The notes under the pieces were generated by a model. The model had not been told where the DNA came from and searched no databases. It worked only from the letters and a program-made list of their open reading frames with translations. From positions 160,001-224,000 of the forward strand of contig CAVTHO010000008.1 of the NCBI GenBank assembly GCA_963734545.1: a stretch of DNA of 64,000 nucleotides. Direction: 5' to 3'. Shown here piece by piece: positions 1 to 13,713 of this stretch. Origin of the DNA: an uncultured Spirochaetota bacterium. GTDB lineage: Bacteria; Spirochaetota; Spirochaetia; SZUA-6; Fen-1364. Every line of letters starts with the position of its first letter. Positions within the stretch are counted from its first letter, which is position 1. The position numbers were made by a program, and so were the translations under genes.

Positions 1-1147
1 GCACAGGGAGCACGCGATCGAGGGGATCCAGTTCCACCCCGAGTCGATCGCCTCGGAGCACGGCAAGAGGGTGCTGCAGAACTTCCTCCGCTACCGCCGC
101 GAGCCCCTTCCCCTTGCCGTCGATCCTGGCGGGTCTGCAGCAGAAGAAGGAGATCACCCGTGACCAGGCCGAGGCCTTCATGGACGAGCTCACCGACGGC
201 AGGCTCAGCGACGCGCAGATCGCGGGGGTGCTCGCGTCCCTGACCGGATCCCTGATCAGTCCCGAGGCGCTGGCCGGGTTCGCCACCGTGCTCCGCCGCA
301 AGAAAAGGCCTTTCGCGAGCGACCGCAAGGTGCTGGACACCTGCGGCACGGGTGGCGACGGCCTGGGCACGTTCAACATCTCTTCCCTCGCGGCGGTCGT
401 GGCCGCCTCCTGCGGGGCGCTCGTGGCAAAGCACGGCAACCGCGGAGTCAGCTCTCCCGTGGGCAGCGCTGACTTCTACCGGGCGCTGGGCGTGCGCGGT
501 GGACGTGGAGCCGTCCGCAAGCGAGGACCTCCTGCGGGACACCGGGTTCTGCTTCCTGTTCGCGCCGACCTACCACGGCGCCATGCGCCACGCCGCGAAG
601 GTCCGCAGCGAGCTGGGCATCAGGACCGCCATGAACCTCGTCGGACCGCTTTCCAATCCGGCGGACGCCTCCTACCAGCTCATCGGCGTCTACGACGCGC
701 GAGCTCTGCGGTCCCGTGGCAGAGGCGGCCCACCTGCTGGGCGTGCGGAGGGTCATGGCGGTCCACGGGGAGGACGGCCTGGACGAGATCTCCGTCTGCG
801 CGCGGACGCGTGTCGTGGAGGTGGACGAGACGGGCAGTCCGCCGTGACTACTACCCTCAGCCCCGAGGAGTTCGGCATCTCCCGCCGCTACCGGTGGAAG
901 AGCTCCGCGGCGGAACGGCGGCGGAGAACGCCGTCACGGCGCAGGCGGTGCTCGGCGGGGCCGGGCCCGCGGCGATCCGTGACGCGGTGCTGCTGAATGC
1001 CGGGGCAGCGCTGTACATCTGCGGCCTGGCCCGCAACATCGGAGACGGCTATGCGCGGGCCCAGGAGGCGCTGCAGAGCGGCGCGGGCCGCGGAGAAGCT
1101 CGAGCAGATCCGCGCGCGCGGCAAGGCTTCGCGCGAAGGCCGCATGA
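1..1147 (+). CDS. trpD: Bifunctional anthranilate synthase component II / anthranilate phosphoribosyltransferase (TrpG-TrpD fusion), 5'-partial, frameshifted
   Basis: Frame 2 from base 2 reads [29 protein letters not shown] (GATase C-terminus). It is followed without an intergenic gap by TrpD motifs [23 protein letters not shown] and [12 protein letters not shown] spread over several frames. Confidence 0.9.
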
Positions 1148-2603
1148 GCGTGCTGGACCGGATCGTCGCGCAGAGACGCGCGCAGGATCGAGACGGCAGG
1201 GGCATGCGATGGGCGCGTCTCTGCCCGCGGCCCGCACAGCTGCCGCTGGTCGCCTTCGGCGCGGAGCCCTTCCTCGTCTGCGAGGTGAAGCGCCGCTCCC
1301 CGTCGCGCGGCGAGATCGCCCCGGGCCTGGACGCGCTCGCGCAGGCGCGCCTGTACGCGGCACGCGGGGTGCGGAGCATCTCCGTGCTCACGGAGGAGGA
1401 CAATTTCGGCGGGTCTCTCGCTGATCTGTCGGCGCATCAAGACAGCGCTTCCCCACGTTGCGGTGCTCCGAAAGGACTTCCTCCTCGACGAGGAGGACGT
1501 CGAGGTGTCGTGGCGCGCGGGCGCGGACGCGGTGCTGCTCATTGCCTCCGTGCTGGACGCCGGAGCTCCTGGCAGCCATGCACGCGCAAGGCCCGGGAGC
1601 TGGGCATGCAGGCGCTGGTGGAGGTGCATGACAGGGAGGACGTGGAAAAGTGCCGGACATTTGCGCCCGCGCTCACCGGCATCAACTGCCGGGACCTCAC
1701 CACCTTTTCCGTGGACCTCCTGCACCCTCTCACGCTCAGGCCGCGCATCGACTGGCGGACGAGGCTCCTCTTCGAATCTGGAGTCCGCGGCCCCGAGGAC
1801 GTCCTGCTGGCCCTCTCGGCAGGTTTCGACGGCGTCCTGGTAGGAGAGACGGCGGTGAGATCGCCCGACAGCGTGGCAGGCCTCCTCTCCGCGTTCGGGC
1901 ATCTGCCGGGAGACTTCTGGGCGCGCCTGTGCGCGCGGGCAAGGCCGGGCCGGCCGCTGGTCAAGATCTGCGGCATCACGCGCGCGGCTGACGCGGAGAG
2001 CGCGGCCGCGCTGGGCGCGGATGCGCTGGGGTTCGTGTTCGCGCCGTCGAAACGGCGCGCCGAGCCGGCGCTGCTCCGCGAGCTTGCAGGCCTGGACGTG
2101 CTGAAGGTGGCGGTGGTCGTGACCGGCGAGGCAGAATCCGCGGAATACCGCGGCGCGGGGGGCCGTCCGCGCTCGACCCCGAGGTGAGGGAGCTGCTCGA
2201 CGCGGGTCTTCTGGACGCCGTGCAGTTTCACGGCGAGGAGCAGCCGGAGGAGTGCGCCGCCCTGGCCTTCCCGTACTACAAGGCGGTACGCGTGCGGGGA
2301 CCTGCCGACGCTGGCGGCGATGGCAAGCTACCGCTGCCCCCGTGTGCTCGCGGATGCCTGGTCGCCGCACGCAGCCGGCGGAACGGGCCAGCGCGTCCCC
2401 CGGAGCTTGCGCGCGCGCTCGCCGGGGGCAGGGGCAGCGGGCGGCCGCTGTGGCTGGCCGGCGGCCTCGGTCCGGACAACGTCGGGCGAGGTCATACGGG
2501 AGCTGTCACCCGAGCTGATCGATGCATCCAGCGGGCTGGAGGAATCCCCGGGGCGCAAGGACCGAACGAAGCTCGAGAAGCTACTTCGAGGAGATCGACA
2601 GGC

Positions 2604-2617
<14 letters not shown>
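1144..2617 (+). CDS. trpC: Indole-3-glycerol phosphate synthase / phosphoribosylanthranilate isomerase (TrpC-TrpF fusion), frameshifted
   Basis: [45 protein letters not shown] and ESGV, then in-frame [27 protein letters not shown] and IDASSGLE. Confidence 0.9.
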
Positions 2618-3825
<1,208 letters not shown>

Positions 3826-3829
<4 letters not shown>

Positions 3830-4577
3830 GCGGCTCACCACGGATCATGGCGCACATGGTGGCCTTCTCTCCCGACAGAGCGGGAACCCTCGAGGTGGCG
3901 CGGGGCCTGGCGGAATGCGGCAGCGCGTACCTGGAGGTGCAGTTCCCGTTCTCCGACCCCACGGCGGACGGTCCCGACATCCAGCGCGCCTGCGGCACTG
4001 CGCTGGAGGCCGGCTTCACCCTGAGTGAAGGCTTCCGCCTCGTGGCCGAAATCTGCTCCTTTGCGCGTCAGCCCCTTTTCATCATGAGCTACGCGAACCT
4101 CGTCTTCACACGCGGGGTCGAGAAGTTTCTCGGTGCCTGCCAAGGACGCCGGCGCGCGCCGGCGTGATCGTGCCCGACCTGCCGCCGGACTACGACGAGG
4201 GTCTCTTCACTCTTGCCGCGCGGCTCGGGCTGGCGGCAATGCCCGTCATGTCTCCCACCATGAAAGAAAAGAGGCTCACCCGCATCGCGGCGCTCGAGCC
4301 CGCGTGCATCTATGCCACCCTGCGCACGGGAACGACGGGTCCCTCCACGACGCTCAACGAGGAGGGCCGCGCCTTTCTCGCGCGATGCGCGTCACTGTCC
4401 CCCGGCGTGAAGGTGTTCGGCGGGTTCGGAATCTCCACCCACGAGCAGGTCCTCGCGTTCGCGCCGCTCGTGCACGCGGTTGTCGTGGGGAGCGCGCTCG
4501 TGCGGGAAGTCGCGCGCAGCGCGGATCCTCGGCGCGCCGTGCGGTCCAAGGTGGAGGAGCTGAGGGGAGCCGGATAG
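3826..4577 (+). CDS. trpA: Tryptophan synthase alpha chain, frameshift near 4150
   Basis: YLEVQFPFSDPTADGPDIQ, MSYANLV, IVPDLP, GGFGIST, VVVGSALV. Confidence 0.93.
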
Positions 4578-4656
4578 GGGCCTCGCCTCCGCACGCACCG
4601 ATGCCGGCAAATTGTCCGGTAGTCGGTATTCCCGCGCGCTGAGTATACTCTCTGCC

Positions 4657-5545
4657 ATGGACAGCTTCGAGGTCGTCTCACCGCGGTTCAGGAACCTGAC
4701 GCTCTTCAACGCTGCCGTGGAGACCCTGTACACGGGCACGCGATGGGGAGAAGGCCCGGTCTGGTTCGGCGACTCGCAGCACCTGATCTGGAGCGACATC
4801 CCCAACAACCGCATGCTGCGCTGGACGGACGGCGCCGGCGTATCGATCTTCCGCAGCCCCTCGAACTATTCGAACGGCAACACGCGGGACAGGCAGGGGC
4901 GGCTCGTCACCTGCGAGCACGGTACGCGGCGTGTCACGCGCACCGAGCACGACGGGCGGATCACGGTCGTCGCCGATGCCTACGAGGGAAAGAAGCTCAA
5001 CTCGCCGAACGACGTGGTGGTGAAATCGGACGGCACGATCTGGTTCACCGATCCCCCGTATGGGATCCTGTCGGACTACGAGGGAGGGAGGGCTGAACGG
5101 CGAGCAGGACGGCTGTTTCCTGTTCTGCTTCGATCCCCGGACAGGCACGCTGGCGATTGCCTCCCGGGAGTTTACCGGACCGAACGGCCTGGCCTTCTCT
5201 TCCGACGAGTCGCTTCTCTACGTCTCCGAGACAGGGGACGGCGCGCATATCCGGGTGTTCACCGTGCTGGAGAACAACCGCCTGGCAGGCGGGAAGGTCT
5301 TTGCCAAGGTCAGCCCCGGTATGTCGGATGGCTTCCGCCTGGATGAGCACGGGAATATCTGGACGAGCGCAGGGGATGGGGTGCACTGTATCTCTCCGGA
5401 GGGAGAGCTCCTGGGAAAAATACGCCTGCCGGAGATCATCTCCAACGTCGTGTTCGGGGGGCTGCGGAAGAATCGTCTCTTCGCCACAGGTGCCAACAGT
5501 CTTTTTTCCGTCTACCTGAACTGCAGGGGGGTGCAAACGCCATGA
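4657..5545 (+). CDS. SMP-30/gluconolactonase family protein, frameshift near 5090
   Basis: WGEGPVW, SDIPNNR, SNGNTRD, LNSPNDVVV, PNGLAFS, DGFRLDEHGNIW. Confidence 0.9.
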
Positions 5546-5650
5546 ACCAAAGGAGTACTGGACGCCCCCACAGCGGACGGAGTCCGCTACAAGCGGCCAG
5601 AGCGGTACTCCGCACCGTGACGCCATGAATCCACGGAGTACCGTGACGCC

Positions 5651-6397
5651 ATGATCCCGATCGGCGATGACAACAGTGACAGGAGAACAAGGCCTGTAGT
5701 CACGTGGGCGCTGATCGCGGTCAACGTGCTGGTCTTCGTCTTCTTTCAGGGCTTCGGGCGCAACGAGCATTTCACCTATGCCTACTCGACGGTGCCCGCG
5801 GAGATACTGTCCGGCAGAGACATCGTGACCCCGGACCGCGTGCTGATGGACCGTTCCACCGGAGAGCGCTATCTCGAGCCGGGCCTCCAGCCGACCCCGG
5901 TGCCCGTGCTTCTCACCATCCTCATCTCGATGTTCATGCACGCGGGGCTGGCCCATATCATCGGAAACATGCTTTACCTGCTTGTCTTCGGCGACAACGT
6001 GGAAGACCGGCTCGGACATTTCCGCTACCTGCTTTTCTATCTCTTCTGCGGCGTGGTCGCGTCCCTCGCCCACGTCTATACGACCAAGCTTACAGGAGGC
6101 GCCCTCAATGTCCCGAGCCTCGGCGCGTCAGGGGCAATCTCGGGCGTGCTGGGGGCCTACCTGCTCCTGTTCCCCCGCAAGAGAGTGCGCGTGCTCATAA
6201 GCGTATTTGTCGTGCCTATGCCGGCCCTCGTTGCCGTGGGTTTCTGGTTCGTGTTCCAGCTCGTGAACGGCCTGGGCTACCTCGGCGGCGGTACGAGCGG
6301 CGGGGTGGCTTACGCGGCACACATCGGCGGGTTCGTTGCCGGATTCGCGACCGTGAAGCTCTGGGGAATCGGACGCAACGTGCCTGCCGTGCGCTGA
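5651..6397 (+). CDS. Rhomboid family intramembrane serine protease
   Basis: SMFMHAG..HIIGNM, GASGAISG (catalytic Ser) and AHIGGF (catalytic His), with several TM segments. Confidence 0.93.
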   Translation: MIPIGDDNSDRRTRPVVTWALIAVNVLVFVFFQGFGRNEHFTYAYSTVPAEILSGRDIVTPDRVLMDRSTGERYLEPGLQPTPVPVLLTILISMFMHAGLAHIIGNMLYLLVFGDNVEDRLGHFRYLLFYLFCGVVASLAHVYTTKLTGGALNVPSLGASGAISGVLGAYLLLFPRKRVRVLISVFVVPMPALVAVGFWFVFQLVNGLGYLGGGTSGGVAYAAHIGGFVAGFATVKLWGIGRNVPAVR

Positions 6398-6462
6398 ATC
6401 AGGGGGCCTCGGGGTCGTGCCGACGCGCTGAGCCGGGGGGGCCGTTGTCTCGCGGTGGCGCG

Positions 6463-8268
6463 TCAGCGCGACGAAGAATCGCCGAACAAGTCCGTGCGCA
6501 GCCTTTCCCGCTCCTTGTCGACTGTCTCTGTCGTCGCGCCAAGCTCGCGCAGAATCGCCTCGTGCATGGCGAGCGCCACCTCGGCTTCTCCCGAGAAGAC
6601 CAGGTCGGCGCCTGCCGCGCGGAGCGCCGGGCGCTCGCGGAGATAGTCCGAGCGCACGATTACCCGTATGTCCTGGTTCAGCTCACGGGCCATGCGAATA
6701 ATCTCCTGGGTAGCCCTGAGCCCTGATGCGCTCAGGAAAAGACTCGCGGAACGTTCCGCGCCCGCGGCCCTGAGCGCTTCCATGTGTCCCGCATCACCAT
6801 AGACCGCCGGGATCCCCTGGGCGCGCAGCCGATGAACCGTCTCGAGATTCATCTCGATGATGGTGCACGTGATCCCGTTCTCCGCGAGGAGCCGGGCAAG
6901 GGTCCTGCCCACGGGACCGTAGCCCACTATCACGGCACGGTAGCGAGGGTCGTCTGACGCGCCTGCGCCCCCCGCTTCCCCGGACAGGGAGCCTGGTGCG
7001 GCCAGCCCGGGCGGATCCGATGCGCGCGTGGCAGGCCCGCGCGCGCGCTGCCGGCTGCCCGAATGCCACCGCACACGGCGGCCGCGCCGCGCAAGGGTGT
7101 CGATCGGTTCGATCAGTCGATGCAGGAGCGGGTTCAGCGCGATGGAAACGATGGCGGCCGCGATGATTGCGCTGGTTGCCTGCGCCGGGAGGATGCCGAG
7201 GGTATTGCCGACCCCCGCCAGGATGAATGAGAACTCGCCGATCTGTCCCAGTGCGAGCCCGACGGACAGGGCGGTCCGCCGTTTCTGCCCCAGAATGAGG
7301 ACAAGAAAGAACGAGACCACCGGTTTGGCAAGGAGCACGATGCCGAGGGTGGCGGCCACGAGCCAGGGCGCGTCGAGGATTGCCCGGGGATCGAACAGCA
7401 TGCCCACCGAAACGAAGAAGAGCACGGCGAATGCGTCCCGCATCGGCAGGGCTTCCGTGGCGGCGCGCAGGCTGAAATCCGATCTGCCGACCACCATGCC
7501 TCCCAGGAAAGCCCCGAGCGCCATGGAGACTCCGAAAAGCTTCGACGAGCCGAAGGCGATCCCCAGCGCCACGACGAGTATCGTGAGCGTGAAAAGCTCC
7601 CGTGAGCGCGTGGCCGCAACCTGCTTCAGAAGCCAGGGAACGACGCGCGCCGCGACGAGAAAGAGAACCACGAGCAGGATCGCGATCTTGAGGAAGGCGA
7701 TGCCCAGGGAGAGCAGGAGCGGTCCGCGCGCCTCTCCCCCCGCTGCTCCGCCTTCGGGCACGATGGCGGGAAGCAGGACGAGAATCACCACGGTGATCAG
7801 GTCCTCCACGATCGTCCAGCCCACCGCCATGTGACCGGCGGGAGTGTGCAGGTCATCATGGTCGGCCAGCACGCGCGTCATGACCACCGTGCTCGCCACC
7901 GAGAGGGCAAGGCCGTAGACGATGCTGCCCAACCAGCCATTAGCGCCGCCGAGCAGGATGGCTGCGGCCGCGCCCAGCGCGGTTGCCACGGCGCTCTGTC
8001 CCAGCGCGCCCGGCAGCGCGAATCGACGCAGCGCGAGAAGCTCTTTCAGGTCGAAGTGCAGGCCGACTCCGAACATGAGGAGCACGATGCCGATCTCCGC
8101 GAACTGCTCCGCAATGGCATGATTGGCGATGAACCCGGGCGTGTTCGGGCCGACGATGATCCCCGCCAGGAGGTAGCCCACCATCGGAGACAGGCCGAGC
8201 CGCTGGGTGACATACCCCAGGAGAAGGGCCACCGCCAGGCTGACTGAAATGGTGAGAACGAGATCCAT
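6463..8268 (-). CDS. CPA2 cation:proton antiporter with C-terminal TrkA-N/RCK domain (YbaL-like)
   Basis: Intact 601-aa ORF with VGYLLAG, LMFGVGLHF, IVEDL, QIGEFSF and RCK motif VIVGYGPVG. Confidence 0.9.
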   Translation of the reverse strand: MDLVLTISVSLAVALLLGYVTQRLGLSPMVGYLLAGIIVGPNTPGFIANHAIAEQFAEIGIVLLMFGVGLHFDLKELLALRRFALPGALGQSAVATALGAAAAILLGGANGWLGSIVYGLALSVASTVVMTRVLADHDDLHTPAGHMAVGWTIVEDLITVVILVLLPAIVPEGGAAGGEARGPLLLSLGIAFLKIAILLVVLFLVAARVVPWLLKQVAATRSRELFTLTILVVALGIAFGSSKLFGVSMALGAFLGGMVVGRSDFSLRAATEALPMRDAFAVLFFVSVGMLFDPRAILDAPWLVAATLGIVLLAKPVVSFFLVLILGQKRRTALSVGLALGQIGEFSFILAGVGNTLGILPAQATSAIIAAAIVSIALNPLLHRLIEPIDTLARRGRRVRWHSGSRQRARGPATRASDPPGLAAPGSLSGEAGGAGASDDPRYRAVIVGYGPVGRTLARLLAENGITCTIIEMNLETVHRLRAQGIPAVYGDAGHMEALRAAGAERSASLFLSASGLRATQEIIRMARELNQDIRVIVRSDYLRERPALRAAGADLVFSGEAEVALAMHEAILRELGATTETVDKERERLRTDLFGDSSSR

Positions 8269-8301
8269 TCGCGCCCTTTCGTCCGCCGGAGCCGCGGCGC
8301 C

Positions 8302-9332
8302 CTAGCGCTGCACCCTGCCGGAACCGGATCCGCCCACCAACGCCTTCACTTCCGAAACGGAAAGCAGAGGCAGGTCGCCGCAGATCGAGTGCTTGAGGCA
8401 GGAGGCCGCGACGGCGAACTCCAGCGCCTCCCGCGGCGTGGCGAGATTGGTGAGCCCGTAGATGAGACCTGCAGCGAAGGTGTCCCCGGTGCCGACCCGG
8501 TCCACGATGTCCGCTATCTCGTAGCTGCGGGAGACGAGGAACTCCTTGCCCGTGTGCAGCACGGCCGACCAGCCATTGTCGTTCGCGGACCTGCTCTCCC
8601 GCAGGGTGATGGCAATCTGTTTCAGGGACGGATAGGTCGCGAGAACCTTCTCCGCGAGCTTTCTGTATTGCTCGGGCTGGAGCTTTCCGGATTCCACGTC
8701 GATGCCGAGGCTGATCCCGAGCGCCTTCTGGCAGTCCTCCTCGTTCGCGACTGCCACGTCCACGGACTTGATCGAGCTCACCCATCACCTCGGGCGCATT
8801 CTTGCCGTACTTCCAGAGATTCTTGCGATAGTTGAGGTCGCAGGATACGGTGAGCCCTTTCGTCTTTGCCGCGCGCACCGCCTCGAGGGAAAGCTCCGCG
8901 GCGCTCTGCGAGATTGCCGGCGTGATTCCGGTGATGTGGAACCATGACGCGCCCTTGAACGTGGCGTCCCAGTCGATGTCTCCCGCGCCGGGCCTCCGCG
9001 ATGGCAGACCCCGCTCGGTCATAGATGACCACCGAGGGCCGCTGGTTGGCGCCCTGCTCCAGGAAGTAGATCCCGAGCCTGCTCCCCTTGCGGACCGCCA
9101 GGGTGGTATCGATGCCGTGCCGGCGCAGCTCCGCCACGCACGCATCGCCGACGGCGTTCGTCGGAATCACCGACACGAACGCGCAGTCACAGCCGAACCG
9201 GGCCAGGGCCGTGGCCACGTTCGCTTCTCCGCCGCCAAAGGTCGCCTCCAGCAGGGGGCTCTGGAAGAAACGCTCCACCCCGGGCGGCTTCAGCCGGAGC
9301 ATGATCTCACCAAAGGTCACATACCTGGCCAT
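8302..9332 (-). CDS. kdgK: PfkB sugar kinase, 2-keto-3-deoxygluconate kinase type, frameshifted
   Basis: [60 protein letters not shown]. Confidence 0.8.
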
Positions 9333-9352
9333 CGCAGCCCTCCTCCGATTTT

Positions 9353-10321
9353 TTATACGCTGTTGACGGGATACGCCGGCGCGCCGCCTGCCAGCACGGC
9401 GGCCACGTTCCGCGCGGCCTTGGTCTTCAGCTCCACCACCGACTCCTCGCTGTACCATCCCGCGTGGTCGGTGAAGATCACATTATCGAGCTTCCTCAGC
9501 AGGCTTTCACGGGGAACCGGCTCCTGCTCGAACACGTCCAGGCCCGCGCCTGCCAGGTGGCCATCGCGAAGCGACTCGGCCAGCGCCCGCTCGTCCAGCA
9601 CGTGTCCCCGGGAGGTGTTCACGAGTATGACGCCCCTCTTCATCATCGCGAGCTCTCGGGCGCCGATGAGATGCCGTGTCTCGGGGGTGAGCGGAATGTG
9701 AAGGGATATGTAGTCGAGCCTCTGTCAGCAGGGTGGAAAGCGGGACGGGCACGGCGCCCGCTGCCCTGATCACGGAGGCCCGCACGTTCGGATCGCAGAC
9801 GAGCACCCGGGCAAACCCGAAGCCGAACACCTTGCGATGAAGACAGCGTCCCGCGTTTCCATAACCGATGATCCCCAGTGTCCGCCCTTCCATCCTGTAG
9901 CAGGGCTGGTCCTTGTGGAGGTTCCAGCGCCCTTCGCGCACCATCCGGTCCTTGTAGGGGATTTTTCTCACGCAGCCAAGAAGGAGGGCCAGGGCATGAT
10001 CAGCCACGTCCTCGAAGCAATAGTCGGGCACGCGCGCCACCCAGATGCCCTTGCGCGTGGCGGTCTCCACGTCCACGTTGTCGTAGCCGACCCCGTAGCG
10101 GGAGATCACCCTGCACTTCGGCAGCCCCTCGATGATGTCCGCGGTCATCGGAAAAAGGTTCACGAGGATGGCGTCCGCCGAAGCGAAGGCCTTCCGCGCC
10201 TGCGCGGCGGAAGAGGAGGCAAAGATTTCGATCCTCGGCGTCCACCTCGCGCAGGACCGCTTCTTCCTCGTGGTAGCTCGGCGTAGCGGTCGTCGGCAAT
10301 GACGACGGTGAACCTGCTCAT
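9353..10321 (-). CDS. D-isomer specific 2-hydroxyacid dehydrogenase (CtBP-like), frameshifted
   Basis: SRYGVGYDNVD, VPDYCFEDVADHA, GIIGYGNAG, VNTSRG, AGLDVFEQEP, HAGWYSEES. Confidence 0.88.
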
Positions 10322-10337
10322 GTCCGGCTCCCGCGCC

Positions 10338-11485
10338 TCATCCTTCCTCGAAGAGGGTCTGCGCCTTCCCCGATGACCTTGACCGGATAGCGGGTGATGT
10401 CGAACGGGTCCCCGTTCCAGCAGGAGAACGACGCCCATTTCCCCTTGTCGCAGGGTCCCGAGGAAGCCGTCCACGCCGAGGATCTGCGCGTTCCTGCGGC
10501 GTGACGATCTCGATGGCGTCCTGCCGGTTCAGGCCGCAGCGAAGGAACCAGCGCAGCGCGAGCAGCAGATTGCGCTGCGGGACGACGGGGTGGTCCGTCA
10601 TGAGCCCGAACTCCACGCCGCTCTCCAGCAGGTGGCGCACGTTGCGCCAGTTCTCGTGCCGCAGCTCCACCTTGTAGGCGAAGGCGTCCAGCGGTCCGAA
10701 CACGACGGGAATGCCGCGTTCCTTCAGGAGCGCATAGATGTGGCCGTCATTCACGTCGCAGGCGTGCTCGACGGTCACGCCGATGCCGAACTCCTCCTGC
10801 AGGCGCAGGAGGCTGGCGATGTCGTCGATCTTGTGCACGTGGACGCGCAGGCCCTGCTTCGGCAGCAGGATGTCGCGGACGACCTCTTCCTCCGCGCGTG
10901 AGGGGCATCCGCCGCGGCCTTCGCCCCCTTGCGGGCCTTCTCCATCTTGTCCTTCACCTGGGCAAGCCGCGCGCGGAGAAGGGAGAGGGCGCCCATGCGG
11001 GTGTGCGGCCGGGTCCCTTTCCAGTCACGCGTGGACATGGGGTTGTAGCCGAAGGCCGCCTTGATTCCGGCCCGCGCAATCAGGGCCTCGCTGGTGCGTG
11101 CGGCGCATAGTTGCGGATGATGGCGGAGCGGCCGCCGACGATGTTGCCGCTGCCCGGCAGGACGCAGGAGTACAGCACGCCCAGCTCCACCGAGTCGCGG
11201 AATGCGCTGTCGTCCATCTGGACCGAATCCAGCGCGTCGGCCAGGAACAGGAGCGAGTCCATGTGCTCGTTCGCCTCTCCCTCGCTCCCCGGCTCCCCGG
11301 CGCGTTCCATGCCGATGTGGCAGTGCGCATCGATGAATGCGGGGGTGACCACGGAGAACTTCCCGAGGAACTCGCCCTTCGACCTCCTTGGAGACGCCCT
11401 TCACCAGCTTTCCCTCGAACACGAGATGGACGTTCCTGACGACCTCGTCCCCGGTGTACAGGGTCTCGGCGAAAACGGATTTCAC
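10338..11485 (-). CDS. Amidohydrolase family protein, frameshifted
   Basis: VTPAFIDAHCHIG (HxH), LPGSGNIVGG, VEHACD, LMTDHPV. GTG start at 11485. Confidence 0.85.
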
Positions 11486-11614
11486 GCGGCTCTCTCCTTT
11501 GTCGGAAAATGGTTGCGCTCCAGGGTCCTGCATGCGCGGGGAGTATAGCGATTTGCGCGGGTTTGACCAAGACGGGGCATTCCGTTACACCATCTGCGGG
11601 AGAGGACAAGCGGC

Positions 11615-12761
11615 ATGCAGGACAATGTGACCATCGAGACGGTGGAATCATCCCGGGGGCGCGCGGGGCGCGCGTTCGTCGACTTCCCGCACCGTCTGTA
11701 TCGCGGGTGCGCCCAATGGGTCCCGCAGTTCCGCCGTGACATCCGCATGGTCCTCGATCACGGCATCCCTTCTTCGAGCGGGGACGGGCGCAATTCTTCG
11801 TGGCGCGGAGGGGAGACCAGGCGGTCGGCACCATCTGCGCCATCGAGAATGTCGCCTACAACGAGTTCCACGGATCGAAAAGGGGACACTTCCACTTCTT
11901 CGACTGCGTCGACGACCGGGAGGTCTCTCACGCCCTGTTCGAGGCGGCCTTCGCCTGGCTGCGCGGCAGGGGAATGGAGGAGGTCGTCGGGCCCGTTCGG
12001 GTTCGGCTTCATGGGCATGGGCGCGCTGGTGGACGGATTCGAGCATCGCGCGGTCATGACCATGATGGCCTACAACCATCCGTACTACGGTCCGGCGATC
12101 GAGGCGGAGGGATTCGTCAAGCACAAGGACCAGCTCTCCATGTTCATCGACGCAAAGGCGTTCCGCCTGCCGGACAAGGTCCGGCGCGTCGCGGAGATTG
12201 CCATGAAGCGGGGCAGCTTCGAGGTGCCGGAGTTCCGGTCCAAGCGGGACCTTGTGCGCCGGGCGCAGGACATCGGCCGGGTCTACAACGAATCCTTCCA
12301 ATCCCACGGGGACGAGTTCTAGTCCGTTCAGCGAGCGGGAGATCCGCCAGATCACGTCGGACCTGGTGACGGTGGCCGATCCGTCGCTGATCAAGCTCCT
12401 TCTCTGCAAGGGGGAAATCGCCGGCTTCCTCTTCGGGTTTCCCGATCTGTCGGCGGCGCTGCAGCGTTCCCGGGGAAGGATCACCCCGTGGAGCATCGTG
12501 GATCTCCTGCTCGAATACGGTCGCACGCGGTGGCTCATCGTCAATGGGGCAGGCATCCTTCCCCGGTACCAGAGGCTGGGCGGAAACGCGCTTCTGTACT
12601 CGATGCTGGAAAAGATTGCCTCCCGCAAGCGGTTTCTCTACGTGGACGCGGTGCAGATTGCGGAGACCACGGAGCTGATGCTCTCCGATCTGAAGACGCT
12701 GGGGGGCAGGGTGTACAAGATCCACCGCATCTACCGCGATCTGCCGCGCGGGTTCAATTGA
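11615..12761 (+). CDS. GNAT-fold protein (YghO-like), frameshifted
   Basis: FVDFPHRLY..WVP, GHFHFFDC, YNHPYY..IE..GF.K, GFLFGFPD, GILPRYQRLG. Confidence 0.65.
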
Positions 12762-12798
12762 CAACCAACCCGCTCATCGGCCACAATGAATATCCGCC

Positions 12799-13713
12799 AT
12801 GCTGAAAGATGTGCTGAACAAGAGCAAGTACGCGGGAATCATCGACCGGATGATCGCGAACTCCACGGGCGCGCCGCTCGTCACGGAAGACAAACGTCTA
12901 CCAGGAGGGCAGGCCGGCAAACAAGCCGCTCTTGCAGGAGATCGTGCAGGACCTCCTGCTTCCGGGCAGCAGGATCATCGGGCGCGAGAACCTGCTGGAG
13001 CTTCACCGCCTGGCCATGCGAAAGAAGCCCTGCCTCATCCTCATGGAGCACTACAGCAATTTCGATATCCCCTGCATCTACGAGCTGCTGGACCGGTGCG
13101 GGGGTGCCTACCGTGACGTGGCGGACTCCATCGTGTTCGTTGGCGGGCGTGAAGCTGAATGAGGAGAGCAAGCTCGTCCTGGCGTTCACGGAGGTGTTCA
13201 CACGGGTCGTGCTCTACCCTTCGCGCGGCATCGAGGCCATTGCCAGGATGCCAGAGAGAGCGCCACGATGCAGAGAAGCGGCGCGCGCGCATCAATATCG
13301 CCGCGATGAAGCGGCTCGTAAACGCTGCGCAAGGAAGGCAAGATTATCCTCGTTTTCCCTTCCGGGACCCGCTACCGGCCCTGGGACCCTTCCACGGCGC
13401 GCGGCCTCAAGGAGATCGACACGTACCTGAAGTTCTACTCCCACATGGTGCTGGTGGCCGTGAATGGGAACACGCTCCTTCCCAATCCCGCAGGGCACAA
13501 TGGACGAGGACTTCCCGACCAAGGACGTGATGATCTACACGGTGAGCCCGGTGCGGAAATGCTCCGAGTTCCGCCGACGAGCGCTGAAAGGCCGGGAGCA
13601 CGACGAGGACCCCAAGCAGCATCGTCGCGGACAGCGTGATGGCGGCCCTGGCTGAGCTTCACGCGCGCACGGAAAAGGCCCGGGCAGCGCCTCCTCATGG
13701 AAAGGGAGCATGA
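12799..13713 (+). CDS. Glycerol-3-phosphate/1-acyl-G3P acyltransferase (spirochete type), frameshifted
   Basis: HxxxxD motif EHYSNFDIP and motif VFPSGTRYRP. TTGACA at 12758 upstream. Confidence 0.8.
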
